DNA from: Hydrolagus affinis
Lineage: Eukaryota
Direction of reading: 5' to 3'
Length of the DNA: 64,000 nucleotides
NCBI GenBank assembly: GCA_012026655.1
Contig: JAAILG010000184.1
Span: 1-64,000, forward strand
Shown: positions 1-11,507 of the stretch, in pieces
Numbering within the stretch: position 1 is the first letter of the stretch
Layout of the letters: every line of letters starts with the position of its first letter
Notes under the pieces: model-generated
Told to the model about the DNA's origin: nothing
Database searches by the model: none
Seen by the model: only the letters and a program-made list of their open reading frames with translations
Program-made: the position numbers and the translations under genes

Positions 1-365
1 GGAGGGGATAGAGAGGGAGGGAAGGGGGATACAGAGGGAGGGGAGGGGGGATAGAGAGGAGGGGAGGATGGAGCGATAGAGAGGAGGGGGGTATAGAGAG
101 ATGAGGGGATAGAGGGGAGGTGGGATAGAGAGGAGGGGGGGATAGAAAGATAGAGGAGGGGGGATAGGGAGGGAGGGGGAGATAGAGAGATGGGGGGGAT
201 AGAGAGGAGAGCGGATAGAGAGGGAGGGGAGGGTGGGATAGAGAGGGAGGGGAATAGAGAGGGAGGGAAGTGGGCAGATAGAGAGACAGAGATGGAAGGG
301 GGGATAGAGAGAAAGAGAGGAGGAGTGGGGGTAGAGAGAAACAGAGGAGGGGGAGGAAGAAAGAA
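1..365 (+). repeat. Purine-rich low-complexity/minisatellite tract (degenerate GGGGGATAGAGAGGA units)
   Basis: Almost exclusively G/A on the + strand with a recurring 'gggggatagagag' unit. ORF 190-393 is a by-product of this composition. Confidence 0.95.
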
Positions 366-690
366 ACGTGTCCCGAGTCGGGAAATGCCTTGACCCAGGT
401 TGTGATATTTCGCTGCGGTGACTGTGAAGACCTGGCCTGGAGCAGGTCAGATTGGTATTTTTATTCCTACAATTTTTGTCACATTCCGGATTCCGGAACT
501 CTGGACTTTTGGCTGCTCAACCTGTACTCAGAAAATGTTAGCGCTAGGAACTAAACGATGTTATCGGGGAGGCTCGGGTCGGGGCGGGATTTTGGCTGCG
601 GCCAAATACAATGTATTTGACCGCACCCTTCGTGCTTAACGAAGGGTTTTAAAGTCCCTAACCCCTTTGTTAAGCGGGGTCTACCTGTAT
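366..690 (+). promoter_or_regulatory. CpG-enriched promoter/first-exon-like segment
   Basis: 18 CpGs counted in ~320 bp against a CpG-poor background. GC box GGGGCGGGA at 581-589, tandem ETS-like TTCCGGATTCCGGAA at 484-498, possible donor CAG|GTCAGA at 445/446. Confidence 0.45.
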
Positions 691-1039
691 TGCTTTGGTC
701 ATTCCTCCTCACCACTATTGTGCAGTGTGCATCTTTCAATAACATTAGGAGTCAGTGGAGTTACCATTAACCAGGTCTCTGGTGTGAATAGCTTTCGTAA
801 ACTTAAAGGTGTGCACTTGGCCATAGGGAGAACAGTGAATATAATCACAACTACACCAATGCAAACATTAAGGAAAAGAGTGCAGATGACTCAGTCTGCT
901 AATTGCTCCATATTTCAGATAATTTCTTGATGTTATATATTGATTTCTAACCTGTAATCATAACGTGTAAACATTTCAGTTGTGAAACTGACTGGCAAGT
1001 TCTCCCAATAGTATGACCTATTGTCATACTCACTGCACT

Positions 1040-1209
1040 TGGGAGTAATAGGGTCATTCACCTGTTTGTGGGACACTGCTGTGCACGTGTTGGCTACTGC
1101 ATTCTCCGACAAAATATGCAGTCAGTACACTTTACAGTGTTTCCTGCAAAGCACTTTGAGACATCCTCCTGACATGCAAGGCGCCACATAAATATAAACA
1201 TTATTATTT
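1040..1209 (+). mobile_element. DeuSINE 3' half with LINE2-like tail
   Basis: 'tgtttgtgggacactgctgtgcac..ttggct' Deu-type core, then 'aagcactttgagacatcctcctgacatgcaaggcgcc..aaat' and a (tta) tail; matches other copies in the window. Confidence 0.8.
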
Positions 1210-1714
1210 TACCTCAACTGCTTGTGAGGTTCTTGTACATTGGAGTTTTCACATAGGAGGGAGCAACAGAGCATTCTTCCATGCATAAAGTTAAAACGGG
1301 TGAGGGACATGTGTGTTAAATAGGCCGCAGAAGCTGAGCACCAAAGCCTTCCTGCTGCAGTCAATGTGTCTTTGTTTGATTCAGCAGTTCCAAAATTTAC
1401 AACCAGCCGCAAACGCTTTTCTATATTTATAAAGTTACCATGCCCATACATGTGGATAAAAAACACAGATTTAGGAATCCCAGAAGAACATTCAGAAGCT
1501 GACAATTCAGAAATTATACTTCAAGTTTCACCTCAGCACACGAGTGGCCGTCACTAAGACGTTGACACGTGAGACTCATTGTGTCAGCTTGAGCAGCATT
1601 GGCTCAGCAATCTGGTAGAATGCTGAGTGACCTGATCAAAATCCAGCCTGTGCTTCCACTCATGTAGTAGTCTAGTCACAAGGCTGTGGAAAAACAATTT
1701 TTTTTTATTTTCAG

Positions 1715-1980
1715 ATATGCCAAGGCAGTAGAACCAGAGGGCACAGGTTCACAGTTTCAAATCGCAATATCAGGACAGTCAGCAGAATGCATTTCGTTAC
1801 CTAGAGGATAATTGACAACTGGAATGGGTTACCACAAAAGGTCATTTGAGGGCAGAATACTGGACTCATTTAAGAAACAGCTTGCTGCTGTAATATGAGG
1901 ATGGTAGGGTAGGTGTTTTTGATGGATGAGATCAAATGGGAAGAAGGGCCTTCTTCTCATGTGAACTTGTGAACCTGTCA
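1715..1980 (+). mobile_element. CR1 LINE 3' fragment
   Basis: ACCAGAGGGCAC (TRGH), TGGAATGGGTTACCA (WNGLP) and FKKQL motifs of the CR1 ORF2 C-terminus. The 3' UTR 'gatcaaatggg..gaagggcctt' recurs at ~21190. Confidence 0.75.
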
Positions 1981-2034
1981 ACTCTGTGTTTTTTGCAAAT
2001 GCAGAAAAATCTCACCCAACAGCAAATGGTAAAT

Positions 2035-2089
2035 GAGACGCCATCCGGCGTGGAAGGCGCTATATAAATCGAAGTTGTTGTTGTTGTTG
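2035..2089 (+). mobile_element. LINE2-type extreme 3' end with (GTT)n tail
   Basis: gagacgccatccggcgtggaaggcgctatataaatcgaa followed by (gtt)5. Confidence 0.8.
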
Positions 2090-4187
2090 GTACTGTACTT
2101 GAGGGAGCAATCCCTATACCTTTGTTGCCTAAATAGTTTAGGTTACTTCTACTCACCATGACTAGACGGAATTCAGTCAACACTTGCCCAAACCTGCACC
2201 ATTTGTCACCTTTGAACAGGTTCAATTTAATGTTTCTTTCTTTTGATCATCTTTCAGTTGAAAATGCAGTCCCAGAAGTAAAACATCCATTTTATATTTG
2301 CGAACAGCCTCATAAAAACAGAATAGTTATTCGTTTGGCAGGCACTCCATCCTTCCCAGCATAAAAGAACATAAAAATTGGGTTTCCTTTTTACTTTTTC
2401 AACTCAAAGTGAAATTGAAATTTCGTTTAGCTGAGTTCTTTCATGTTATCCAAATGTATCCACATTAAAAGGACTCTTGACCATTCCATCAGTAATTACA
2501 TCATGTTGGTGACCACAAATCCAAATGTTTTCATCTATTTATAATACAGAATTCTGTCACTTTTGCCACAGGCTTTGATATTTCCTGCTATAAGACATAA
2601 ATCAGATATTGTGTCGAAAGACAAGTCCTGATTAATACTTTACCACATGTCAATATCGTAATAGGATTTCGAACCAATGTTTTAACCACATAGCAAAATA
2701 AATCATTAGAATTCTATGAAACCGATATATTTCTAATGCAATTCATTTAAATCTAAATATTTGATTTAGATGCTAAATGTGCACATTAAATAGGTTTCAA
2801 CTGGAAGTAAAATTATTCCCAATTGAATTCAGTGACAGGACCATCATCTTTTACCTAGCTTCCAGTTAGATACACATCATCAAACCTAGAGATGTTTTTT
2901 GGCGCAGGAAATTTAAATCATCTGTTATTCATGCTACGTGTATTTTAAGTTGCCTTTTCTTAGTTAATAGTGGTTTCAAAATATTCCCACTATGTGTAAG
3001 ATAGCAGTATTTATTCTTGCAAACAAAAACTTTGCATAACCATTTTGTAATTTTACATAGGGTTTATCATTAAATCAAGCTATCATCTGGAAAAGGTTTT
3101 GTTGAAGTAAAATGAATCTTAAAAATCAGATAGATGTGTGTGTTTTTCCTTTGCCGTGCTTGCTAAAAGCTATTTTGGAACCGTATTGATGCATAGCATT
3201 TAAGTGACACCAATTTGTTTTACTATTCGTTGAGCCCATGTGAATGTTTTTGGCAACCACGCTGGTAGTAATTTCATTGGAAAGTGGCATCCAAACTAGT
3301 TCCAAAGGTCCTTATTATTTGGACCTAGACCTAGAATCTGGAACTTGAATCTCAGATTGTAGGAAGCAGTTTTGCAGTTCAATATGTTTTTCTAAATCAA
3401 AATGTTATTTGCTGTTCTGAGATTATTTTTTAAAAAAGGATCAATATTAATAGAAAAATACAGATTTTCAGAAGTCTTTTAGCCACATCTTTATTCAACC
3501 AATGACATCCCCAAATGGACTCAGCGACATGAACTCATATGTATATTTCAGACAAGTTTCACTGTTACAACATTCAAAATAACCAACATCTAAGGAGGTG
3601 GTGTGGACATGAATGCTGATGTTTGTGATTTATCAAGATTTGTGTCCATTGAGTAACTATTATTCTACCATACAATGTGAACGATCATTTCATATTATAA
3701 GATGTAGCATTCAAAAGTCATGAACTCAAATGCTAAATGATGGCCAGCAAATTTATTTTCATCACGTTTCTCGCTTTTGAACATGAAGGAGAAGACCAAC
3801 AAAGGTTAGAAATTAAACTGATCTTTGTCACTGTCTGCAATTACATTCTGGTTAGCAAATTTGTCAGTGTACAGAACAATTTCAGACCCAAGGCAGAATT
3901 TTTAGTTTTCTTATGTAGCCGGAGCTGATCGTCTTAAAGCTGATCTGTGCCATCAATTGTGAGCTACTAATTGTTCAAACTAGTTTTTGACTGGATAATG
4001 TTGTTACCTAACATAGTTAGGGAAAAGTTTGCATTGCATTCATTGTAGTCCCAGTCACTTAGCGGATTGTAATTGCCGTTCTGTTTTGGTACTAACCCTG
4101 AAATTATTCACTACTATTGGCGTATTGTGGATCCCAGCTGGAACTAACTGCATAACATCATTACAGAAAGTTTGTAAGAGCACAAAA

Positions 4188-4252
4188 TCAGCAACAAAAT
4201 TACATTTGTTAGCCTCTTTCACGTCAGGAGGATGTCTCAAGGCGCTGCACAG
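4188..4252 (-). mobile_element. LINE2 3' end fragment
   Basis: Reverse complement of the shared tail: 'tttcacgtcaggaggatgtctcaaggcgct'. Confidence 0.7.
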
Positions 4253-5647
4253 TCAGTGTTTCATAGTAGTGTCACCATCACATTACCTGGGATAGAGTGT
4301 GGGCTGCTGCAACACACTGCAAAATGCCAGGGCACAATACTTCTCCGTGCGCCAGCCACATTTGTGTGGATGCCAATTGTGGATGTCACCTTTTTTTAAT
4401 CTAATATTAAATAGGCTGTGTATAGTGACATGTGACCTTTGTGAACCAAGAGTAGCTCGGTTCTGTATGAGGAAGTGTTGGACCCAGGGCTTTGAAGAAA
4501 TGGGATATTCTTCTACTCAGCCTTGGAAATATTGTAGACATGGTTGCCTAACTGGGGAAGCTTATAATAGCAGACAAAGTTCTTTTTATAAATGCAAGAT
4601 TATTTTTCACAAGAAAAAAAGACACCAATAATGCTATGGTAGCGATTTATTCTGAGCTATTCTTTTATATCTTGTAAATCTACGGAGCTTGAATTCCTGT
4701 AATATTTATTGACACAACAGATATGAACTGAAAGTTCTAAGCTTTAGACCAACAATGTAATCATTTGAAATGATCAGAACTAAAGAAATAAGCCATTTAC
4801 TTTACTTTAGCTTTGTTTATTTCCCTCCATGTCAGTTATTACTTTAAAAACTCATCGACTGGTATCAGCAGCTGGTACTTTGTGCTGTGTGAGGCTATTT
4901 TAATCAGATTTACTGTTGCTTATAATGAGTTACTACTGACAGTAATCCGTACTTGTGCCAATTGCCACTGTTCTACATACTGAAAATAAGCCTACCACTG
5001 TATGAGTTTATCAACCATACTGCATTTCCACTAAAATGCCAAATAACTTGGTCTAACTAATAAATGAGAAAATCTCCCATTGATGTTGCTTACAAATTTA
5101 ATCTTAATTGAGGTATGGTTCAATACCACTGATATTTAATAAGAAAAGCCTAAACATTGTAAACACAAATGTTTGTTACAATTGGACACTAACACAATGA
5201 ATTGAATATAACTTTAAAAGTACATTAGAAACAAGAAGATCATTAAGGAGAAAGAAACGTGTTGATAGGACTTGGTTTCATGAAACAGGAGTGGGTGGCA
5301 AGTGGCAATTCCTTATTGCTCCATAAATAATAAGGATTGTCTCACTTGCAAACATCTCCAGTCACTATAAATGAATCACACTATGGACGTTACACAGTGT
5401 ACAGCGTCCAAGCGCATTAAGGATGGTACAAGATGTGCTTTTGCAAAGAGTTGCTATTCAGCAGGTGTTATTCCATTACTGAATTCCTTTATCCTTTTGG
5501 GATGATACATTGCACATATATCAAACTCCAAAGCATAAATGTATGAAAACTTGACTCATATTTCTGCAGCAATCTGAAGTATGTTAGGAAAACAGATTCA
5601 TTGGGATTCTTGAACTTCAAATGAGAACACTGTCGGACAAATCCTAT

Positions 5648-5878
5648 GGAGTCCGGTTGCTCAGTGGTTAGAGCACTCGCTTTGTAAGCAAGAAACCTAG
5701 GTTCAATTCCAGGCAGAGCAAAACCTTAGGCAATTTTTCTAACTCACAACACCTGATAATAATCCCCCCCAAAAAAAATATTGGTCATTTCAATCCACAA
5801 CTGTTTGTGGGAGACAGCACGATTAGCTGCCGCGTTTCGCCCACAAAAATACAGTCATTTCCAGAATATTCTGTAAGA
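5648..5878 (+). mobile_element. tRNA-derived DeuSINE (SINE2-1_CM-like), 3' truncated
   Basis: A box TTGCTCAGTGG and B box GTTCAATTCC, then the Deu core 'ctgtttgtgggagacagc..attagctgccgcgtttcgcccacaaaa'. Homologous to the copies at 15763 and 45635. Confidence 0.9.
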
Positions 5879-6987
5879 ACATCGCCATTTAGCACTCTGA
5901 AGAAAGACCTTGACAGAGCAAAAAAAACACAAAGAAAACCAAGGTACATTTCCCACAGGAATTTTCAAACATTAAAATTGAGCAGAGAAATCCTAATCCC
6001 TGTTATCTGAATATCTTTCTGTTTTCGGTGAAATATTGCAGGGTTGTGTGAAATTCAAAACTAACAAACAAATTCAAAATAGAAAACGTCACTGTGAGAC
6101 CAATTCAAATTTAATCATTCAGTGCAAACAATACTGTATATCTTTGAGCAAAACGCATTGGAATTTTCTAGATTTATGTAACCAAGGTATACAATAAATG
6201 TTTCTGATTCTAAATAAAACTGATTGTAATTGACTCTGATATGTGATTTAATGTGTGTGCTGAACCCTATTTATTGGATTTACAATGTCTTCCCTTTGAG
6301 ATTTGTTCACTCCTTTATGTGTGCTTAATTGGTCCTGCTTATGGCTCTTGTGTTACCAGTTATAAGGTTGCTGGAGGAAATTGCATACGCATTAAATTCC
6401 ACATTGAAAGAATGTGAGCAAAGCATAATAAACAGGGCAGTGTCATTGACTGTTACCTCAGCCTCAGGGGGCAATAAGGATATCTGCAGTCTCACTGAAG
6501 AGCAGAATCACTAGTGTTGTCACTTCCAATGATGCTTAGTTTAGATGTGACGCCATCATCGTCACATCATAGGCAAGACACTGAGAAAGGAGCCCTTGCT
6601 GTGTCTGAGCAGTTCCAAGTCAGATTGTACCATATTTTGCAGAGCAGAGCTAGCCAGTTCTCTAACTAGCTGAAAGCAGCACAGATGACTTCCTACGGGT
6701 CTATTAATCCTTCAGGCACAGTAGATAGAAAAACATTTGTAACCTCACAGCCAGAGCAGAGTTTATTCCAGCCCTTCTGTCAACAAAATCACAATGCAGT
6801 ACAAAAGGCATTTCAACACATAAATTGCGAAAAATCCAGTAATGAGAACAGATCAGAATCCCACCATCATATTGGCTATATTGATGTATTCACCTCCCTC
6901 TAGTACTGCACCCACATTGATCACAGAAACCTTTCAAGCACAGCTTTAAATAGCTGTAAACACGCTGCCAAAAATGTTTTGCCCCCC

Positions 6988-7017
6988 CACACACACATAC
7001 ATACACAAACACACACA
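6988..7017. repeat. Imperfect (CA)n microsatellite
   Basis: cacacacacatacatacacaaacacacaca. Confidence 0.85.
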
Positions 7018-8083
7018 ACTCCTCATAGAATGTAGTGGCATCACAATGGTTCAGAAGAAAAACTAACTTAAGTTTTCACATGTTTGAACACAATCCCTTA
7101 AATGCATTGACCATTGAATTTCCCTGGAATCTATGGCTAAATGGTTTTGATTAATGTGTGCTCATAATGTCACAAAGGATTGAATTCACTGTATCTCTGC
7201 ATGCTTTCATTCAGCATTGAAATAGGTGCTGGAAAAAAAAGCCTTAGACTTGCAAAAAAGAAGTTTTAACTAAACACTTTGCGCACAGAAAGCATAATAC
7301 TACCAGAAGTAAGTTGAAGGCTTTCACAAGTTTGCGTCACATTTATCGGTGTTTATTATGCCTGAATCCTACCTAAGAACACTCTTAACTCACTCTTGCA
7401 TATTTTTCTGATACTTGGCTATTGTATAGTGCTAAAGAGAACAATTAATGAGGATATTTTAAATTAAAAATCTACTTTTGGGTCCATGATCATTGTAAAT
7501 ATATCTGCACAAGCACAGTTGAGCTGAAAAGGCTCAGTCGTATTTAATTTGTATTGTGAGCAACATCTGAACACAACACTCTTCAGTGCACTACAGGAGT
7601 CCATATGGGCGGGCACTCATCTAACACAATGAAATATCCAGTGACCTTTTCAATTGTCAAGTGCAATGGCATTGTCATTGTGAGGTTAGGTACTGGTTGT
7701 ATATTGGTAGAGGGAGCAACCAGTGCATAATTTGCCCCATAAATAGCTGAAGCCTTTCTCCTAACCTCAATTAAACTTATGATGCGGATAAAAAGGTGTG
7801 TTTAAAAAAAAATTAATCGGGTATGAATAATTAACAGTTCCTAGAAAGGAAAGCACAGCACAGAGAAGTCACATTGTGGAACAGCTGTACCTTCCAACAT
7901 AGAAGACATTACTGTGGTTTTCTGAAGGAAGTCCTGAAGCGCTGCTTTGTAATTATGATGTTAATTGATTTAATTAAAAAGCTTGCTCCAAATTGATGAA
8001 GTCAGCTGCAAAACTAGTAGAATTCCACGATGAAGTTGTCACGGTAAAAGTGAGCTCAACAAAGGGGCTAAATAGCTCTAATA

Positions 8084-8301
8084 CAATGGTTTCCAAACTG
8101 TGGGACACGCCCCCCTTGGGGAGGAACTTGGTGAGAAAATCAAAGCCGGTGGAGTCAGTCGGGACCTGCCAACCCAGTGTCAGGGTTGGAGCCAAGGACC
8201 CAAGTGTGTGGAGCCGAGTATGAAGGTGGGGAGTGGGGGGGGGACAACAAAACCGTTGCTGAGTTAGTGGGGTGCTGCTATTTAAAGTTTGGAAGCCACT
8301 G
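8084..8301. mobile_element. Non-autonomous hAT (Charlie-like) MITE, 218 bp
   Basis: TIRs CAATGGTTTCCAAACT / AGTTTGGAAGCCACTG with a perfect 8-bp TSD CTCTAATA at 8076-8083 and 8302-8309. Confidence 0.9.
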
Positions 8302-8679
8302 CTCTAATAGATTTGAGGGAACATTTGAATCAAATCAAGCTTCAGATGCCCAAAATCTCAGTTTTCGGAAAGCTGTGTGTGGTCTATATGCGACTGGCAT
8401 TCACCAGTCCTCTTTACAAAAATCACACAAATTGGACCAATTGACACCAATATACCTCTTCCTTACCCCCTTCTCACTGACGAAACTATCAGTAATAATT
8501 TATACAAAATGTCCCAATACTGTTACCGCAAGGTATTGCAGTCATTTAAAGCAAATGGCCACCAGGACAACCAGGAGTTTTCAATAAATACTGGTCCTGC
8601 CAGTAGGACCCATGACCTAAAATGAGCTTTAAAAATTGGGTTTACAGAATCAATGTAAAGGAGTTGTCAGACTCCGCCA

Positions 8680-8750
8680 CTGTGAAGCACTCCAGGTTGC
8701 TGCCCCGTCTGGAGGGCACTATATAAATGTAGTTTGTTGTTGTTGTTGTT
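8680..8750 (+). mobile_element. LINE2-type 3' end with (GTT)n tail
   Basis: 'gaagcactcc..tggagggcactatataaatgtag' followed by (ttg)n. Confidence 0.75.
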
Positions 8751-8754
8751 GGAG

Positions 8755-9140
8755 CTAAATATGCTGGTGATGTAAAGTCCATGAAGTTAGGGAAGGCTGG
8801 GATAGAAGGAAGTCCATACAAAGGGAACCCAACAGAGCATGCACCTGGGCTGATCAATGCCAAATGAAATTTAAGGCAGATAAACACACAATGCTGCATA
8901 TTGCAAGTAAAAATAGAAGGTGCATGTAATACATGAATGTGATACAATTTGCCAAGGGGAAATTAAATGAGCCATAGGGGTGTTAGCTGTCTCGTCACTC
9001 ACCATGTTTGAACAATGTAAGGCAGCAATAAATACAGTGAACAGGATACTGGGCTACATGTCTAAATCAATTGAATTCAATCCAAGAAGTCACTCTCAAG
9101 CTGTATAATGCCCTGGTTAGATTAAACCTGCAGTGCATTT
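8755..9140 (+). mobile_element. CR1 ORF2 (RT) degenerate fragment
   Basis: Translates in pieces to QMKFKADK, NRILGY and EVTLKLYNALVRLNL (CR1 consensus 'LY.ALVRPHLEYC'). Confidence 0.8.
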
Positions 9141-9204
9141 GTGGTTGCAATGACATAATAGGGTCACTCGGGCTTGGAGGCGATGAGGGTGATAAGGAAG
9201 CAGA

Positions 9205-9680
9205 AAATATAACTACAATTTACATTCATGTTATGTCTCTCACATCAACAGGATGTCTCAAAGTGCTTTATACCCGAGCACCAAAAGTGCAAGCAAGCAA
9301 TTGGTACAGGCTTTAAAGGTGAGGGTGGTGGGTCATGTTGGAGGGACTGCAGGATAGATCTCCAGAGAGTGGAGGCAGAATACCTCAAAGCTCATTCACT
9401 GACTGTGGGAGTGTGTTAGGTAGCACGTGAACCAGGCTGTGTCAGTTGAGCGGAAGGAGCAGCCAGGGTGTTAAGAATTGCAGAAGAATGAATGTCAGAT
9501 AGGACAAGGCCTTAGAGGTATTTGTGCATAAGAATGAGGTTCTTGAATTTGACGCACTGGGGCGGGGCGTAGAGTCAATGGAGGAGCGAAGATAGAGCGA
9601 TGGGCTCAGGCAGCCCCTGCTGAGGGAGACGATACGACTTGCAGAGTTCTGGATGGTCAGCAAGTTGTGTAGGGAGCCAC
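9205..9680 (-). mobile_element. LINE2 3' fragment
   Basis: Minus-strand HNLLTIQNSASRIVS resembles the L2 'LQ.IQN.AAR' motif; the L2 tail lies at 9210-9270. Confidence 0.8.
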
Positions 9681-10334
9681 CCTTCCTCCTTCCCCAAATT
9701 AGTTTGATTCCATCCATTCTGTATGTAGATACCATATGTATGTATTTATCTGAACAAAATTAATACATTTGGAGCATCAGCAACATCAGCAAAAAGCAAG
9801 TTGTATATTTTGAGATCTTTGACTGACATGAAGGATGGTAACTAGAACGGGTAGACACTAGGGTGCATCCTGTATTCCATATCACTTGAGTACACATGGC
9901 TACAGAAAAACAAATTGGCTTAAGAATGGAATTTCAAATTGTTAGCAGTCATGACCCAAATGCTTGTCAGAAAGGAAAGAGATGGGAATGAAATAATTGG
10001 AGAAAGACAAAGTTCTTCTCAATTAGTACAGTAAATTTCTGCATTGAACAATCAGCCAGTGGGAGAGGTGGTCCAATGGATTGTAAAAAAATTGTTTCCA
10101 AATATCTTTTATTAATGTGGGTTGTTGCTCTTATTATTTCATCATGGGGGAAAAAAACACACTACACATCAGTAATGGACTGTGTGAGACCATTTATTTT
10201 TGCCCATCTGTGTATGATTCTTAACTGTGAAAGTATACCATTGAAGTGGAGTACTTAACATTTTACACAGAAGCATGAATTGTCCCCGCAAAAAGTGTTT
10301 CAAGACATAGAGTGTCATCTCCATTACAAGAACA

Positions 10335-10389
10335 AAATACAACAAAATTACATTAATAGAGCGCCTTTCACATCGGGAGGACGTCCCAA
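10335..10389 (-). mobile_element. LINE2 extreme 3' end
   Basis: Reverse complement reads ttgggacgtcctcccgatgtgaaaggcgctc followed by a (ttg)-like tail. Confidence 0.8.
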
Positions 10390-11468
10390 TTATTACACCA
10401 ATAAAAGCCATTAAATTCAGTACATTTTATTTGTTAAATCGGCCAAGTCTGAATATGATCACTCTATATATACCATATTATGCTGAAGGTTGTAAACTGC
10501 TGGAATATGTACTTTGAAAATGTTGCTTTTATCATGCTGGTGATGTGACCCATGCAGTTTTTGGATGTCTTATAGAATAATGAAGGTCTTTAATGTTGTC
10601 ACCACTTCCAAGTGCATACAGAATATGCTGTCCATAAACTGAAAAAGCTCTTTGATCCTTGGCCAAACATGTGAGAAGAGAAAGCAGGTGTGTCACTCAT
10701 GAAAAGCTGTAGAAATAATTTCTCAGACAGTCACAGCCTTCAGGTCCTGACCCTGTTCTGATTAAAGACAGAAACACATTGTAAATGAGCTTTCAAGCTT
10801 AAATGAAGTAGCCTGCAAAATTATCTTCATCATACATGAATAAAGAATACTGTAGTAGGAAAGTCGTAGGTAGTTAATTGTTATTTTTGAGGTACCATTT
10901 GTAATGTTATAAATCAGGCAGAATTATCTACATGGTGCTTCTCCAAAAATGTCTGAAAATTGTGCTTCAGGTACATGTACAGTACATTAGTCGATGGACA
11001 CAAAAATGTCTTCCAAATCTGTGCTGCTTTCCTGAAACAATTGACCCAAATGCTCCAAAACTCACAATTTGCACTCATAATGGTTTTTTTTGCTATATCA
11101 AAAGTGGATTATTCAATTGGTTATCGTGGAAAATCACCTTGGAAAGTTGATGAAAAGGTTATTCTTTTGAAGATAACTGGACTATGGAACAGATGGTTAT
11201 TTTCATTCATATTTGTACCTGCTATTAATTGGCAACAGCTCTTATGAGGAATAGTGGGGGTGTTTTACAACACGTCCAGTTGCCGATGCACTGGGCTCTC
11301 TACTAATGATTGTCTTCATCTTAGTATTAGTGCAGAAAAGTGGCAGTGAGCAACAGCAATACATAATACACGACAATCTTGTCATGGGCTCATCGGATCC
11401 GTAGTTGAATTATTTGTTTAATTAAGCAGAAAGCATCGGAACTCCGAAATAAATGATTATCTTTTCAG

Positions 11469-11507
11469 ATTGATGAACTACTGCGGTAAATCTTCTTGGA
11501 TCTTATG
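11469..11507 (+). other. Candidate 39-nt exon of an unidentified + strand gene
   Basis: Acceptor 'attatcttttcag|' and consensus donor 'ATG|gtaagt'. One open frame (LMNYCGKSSWIL); the exon ends in ATG. Confidence 0.5.

Noticed and set aside
190-393. 67-aa G/E/R-rich ORF
   Set aside because: By-product of the purine repeat, whose composition avoids stop codons.
5648-5720. tRNA gene-like sequence (also 45845-45921 and 29200-29262)
   Set aside because: No proper acceptor stem or terminator; it continues into the SINE body, so it is a SINE head.
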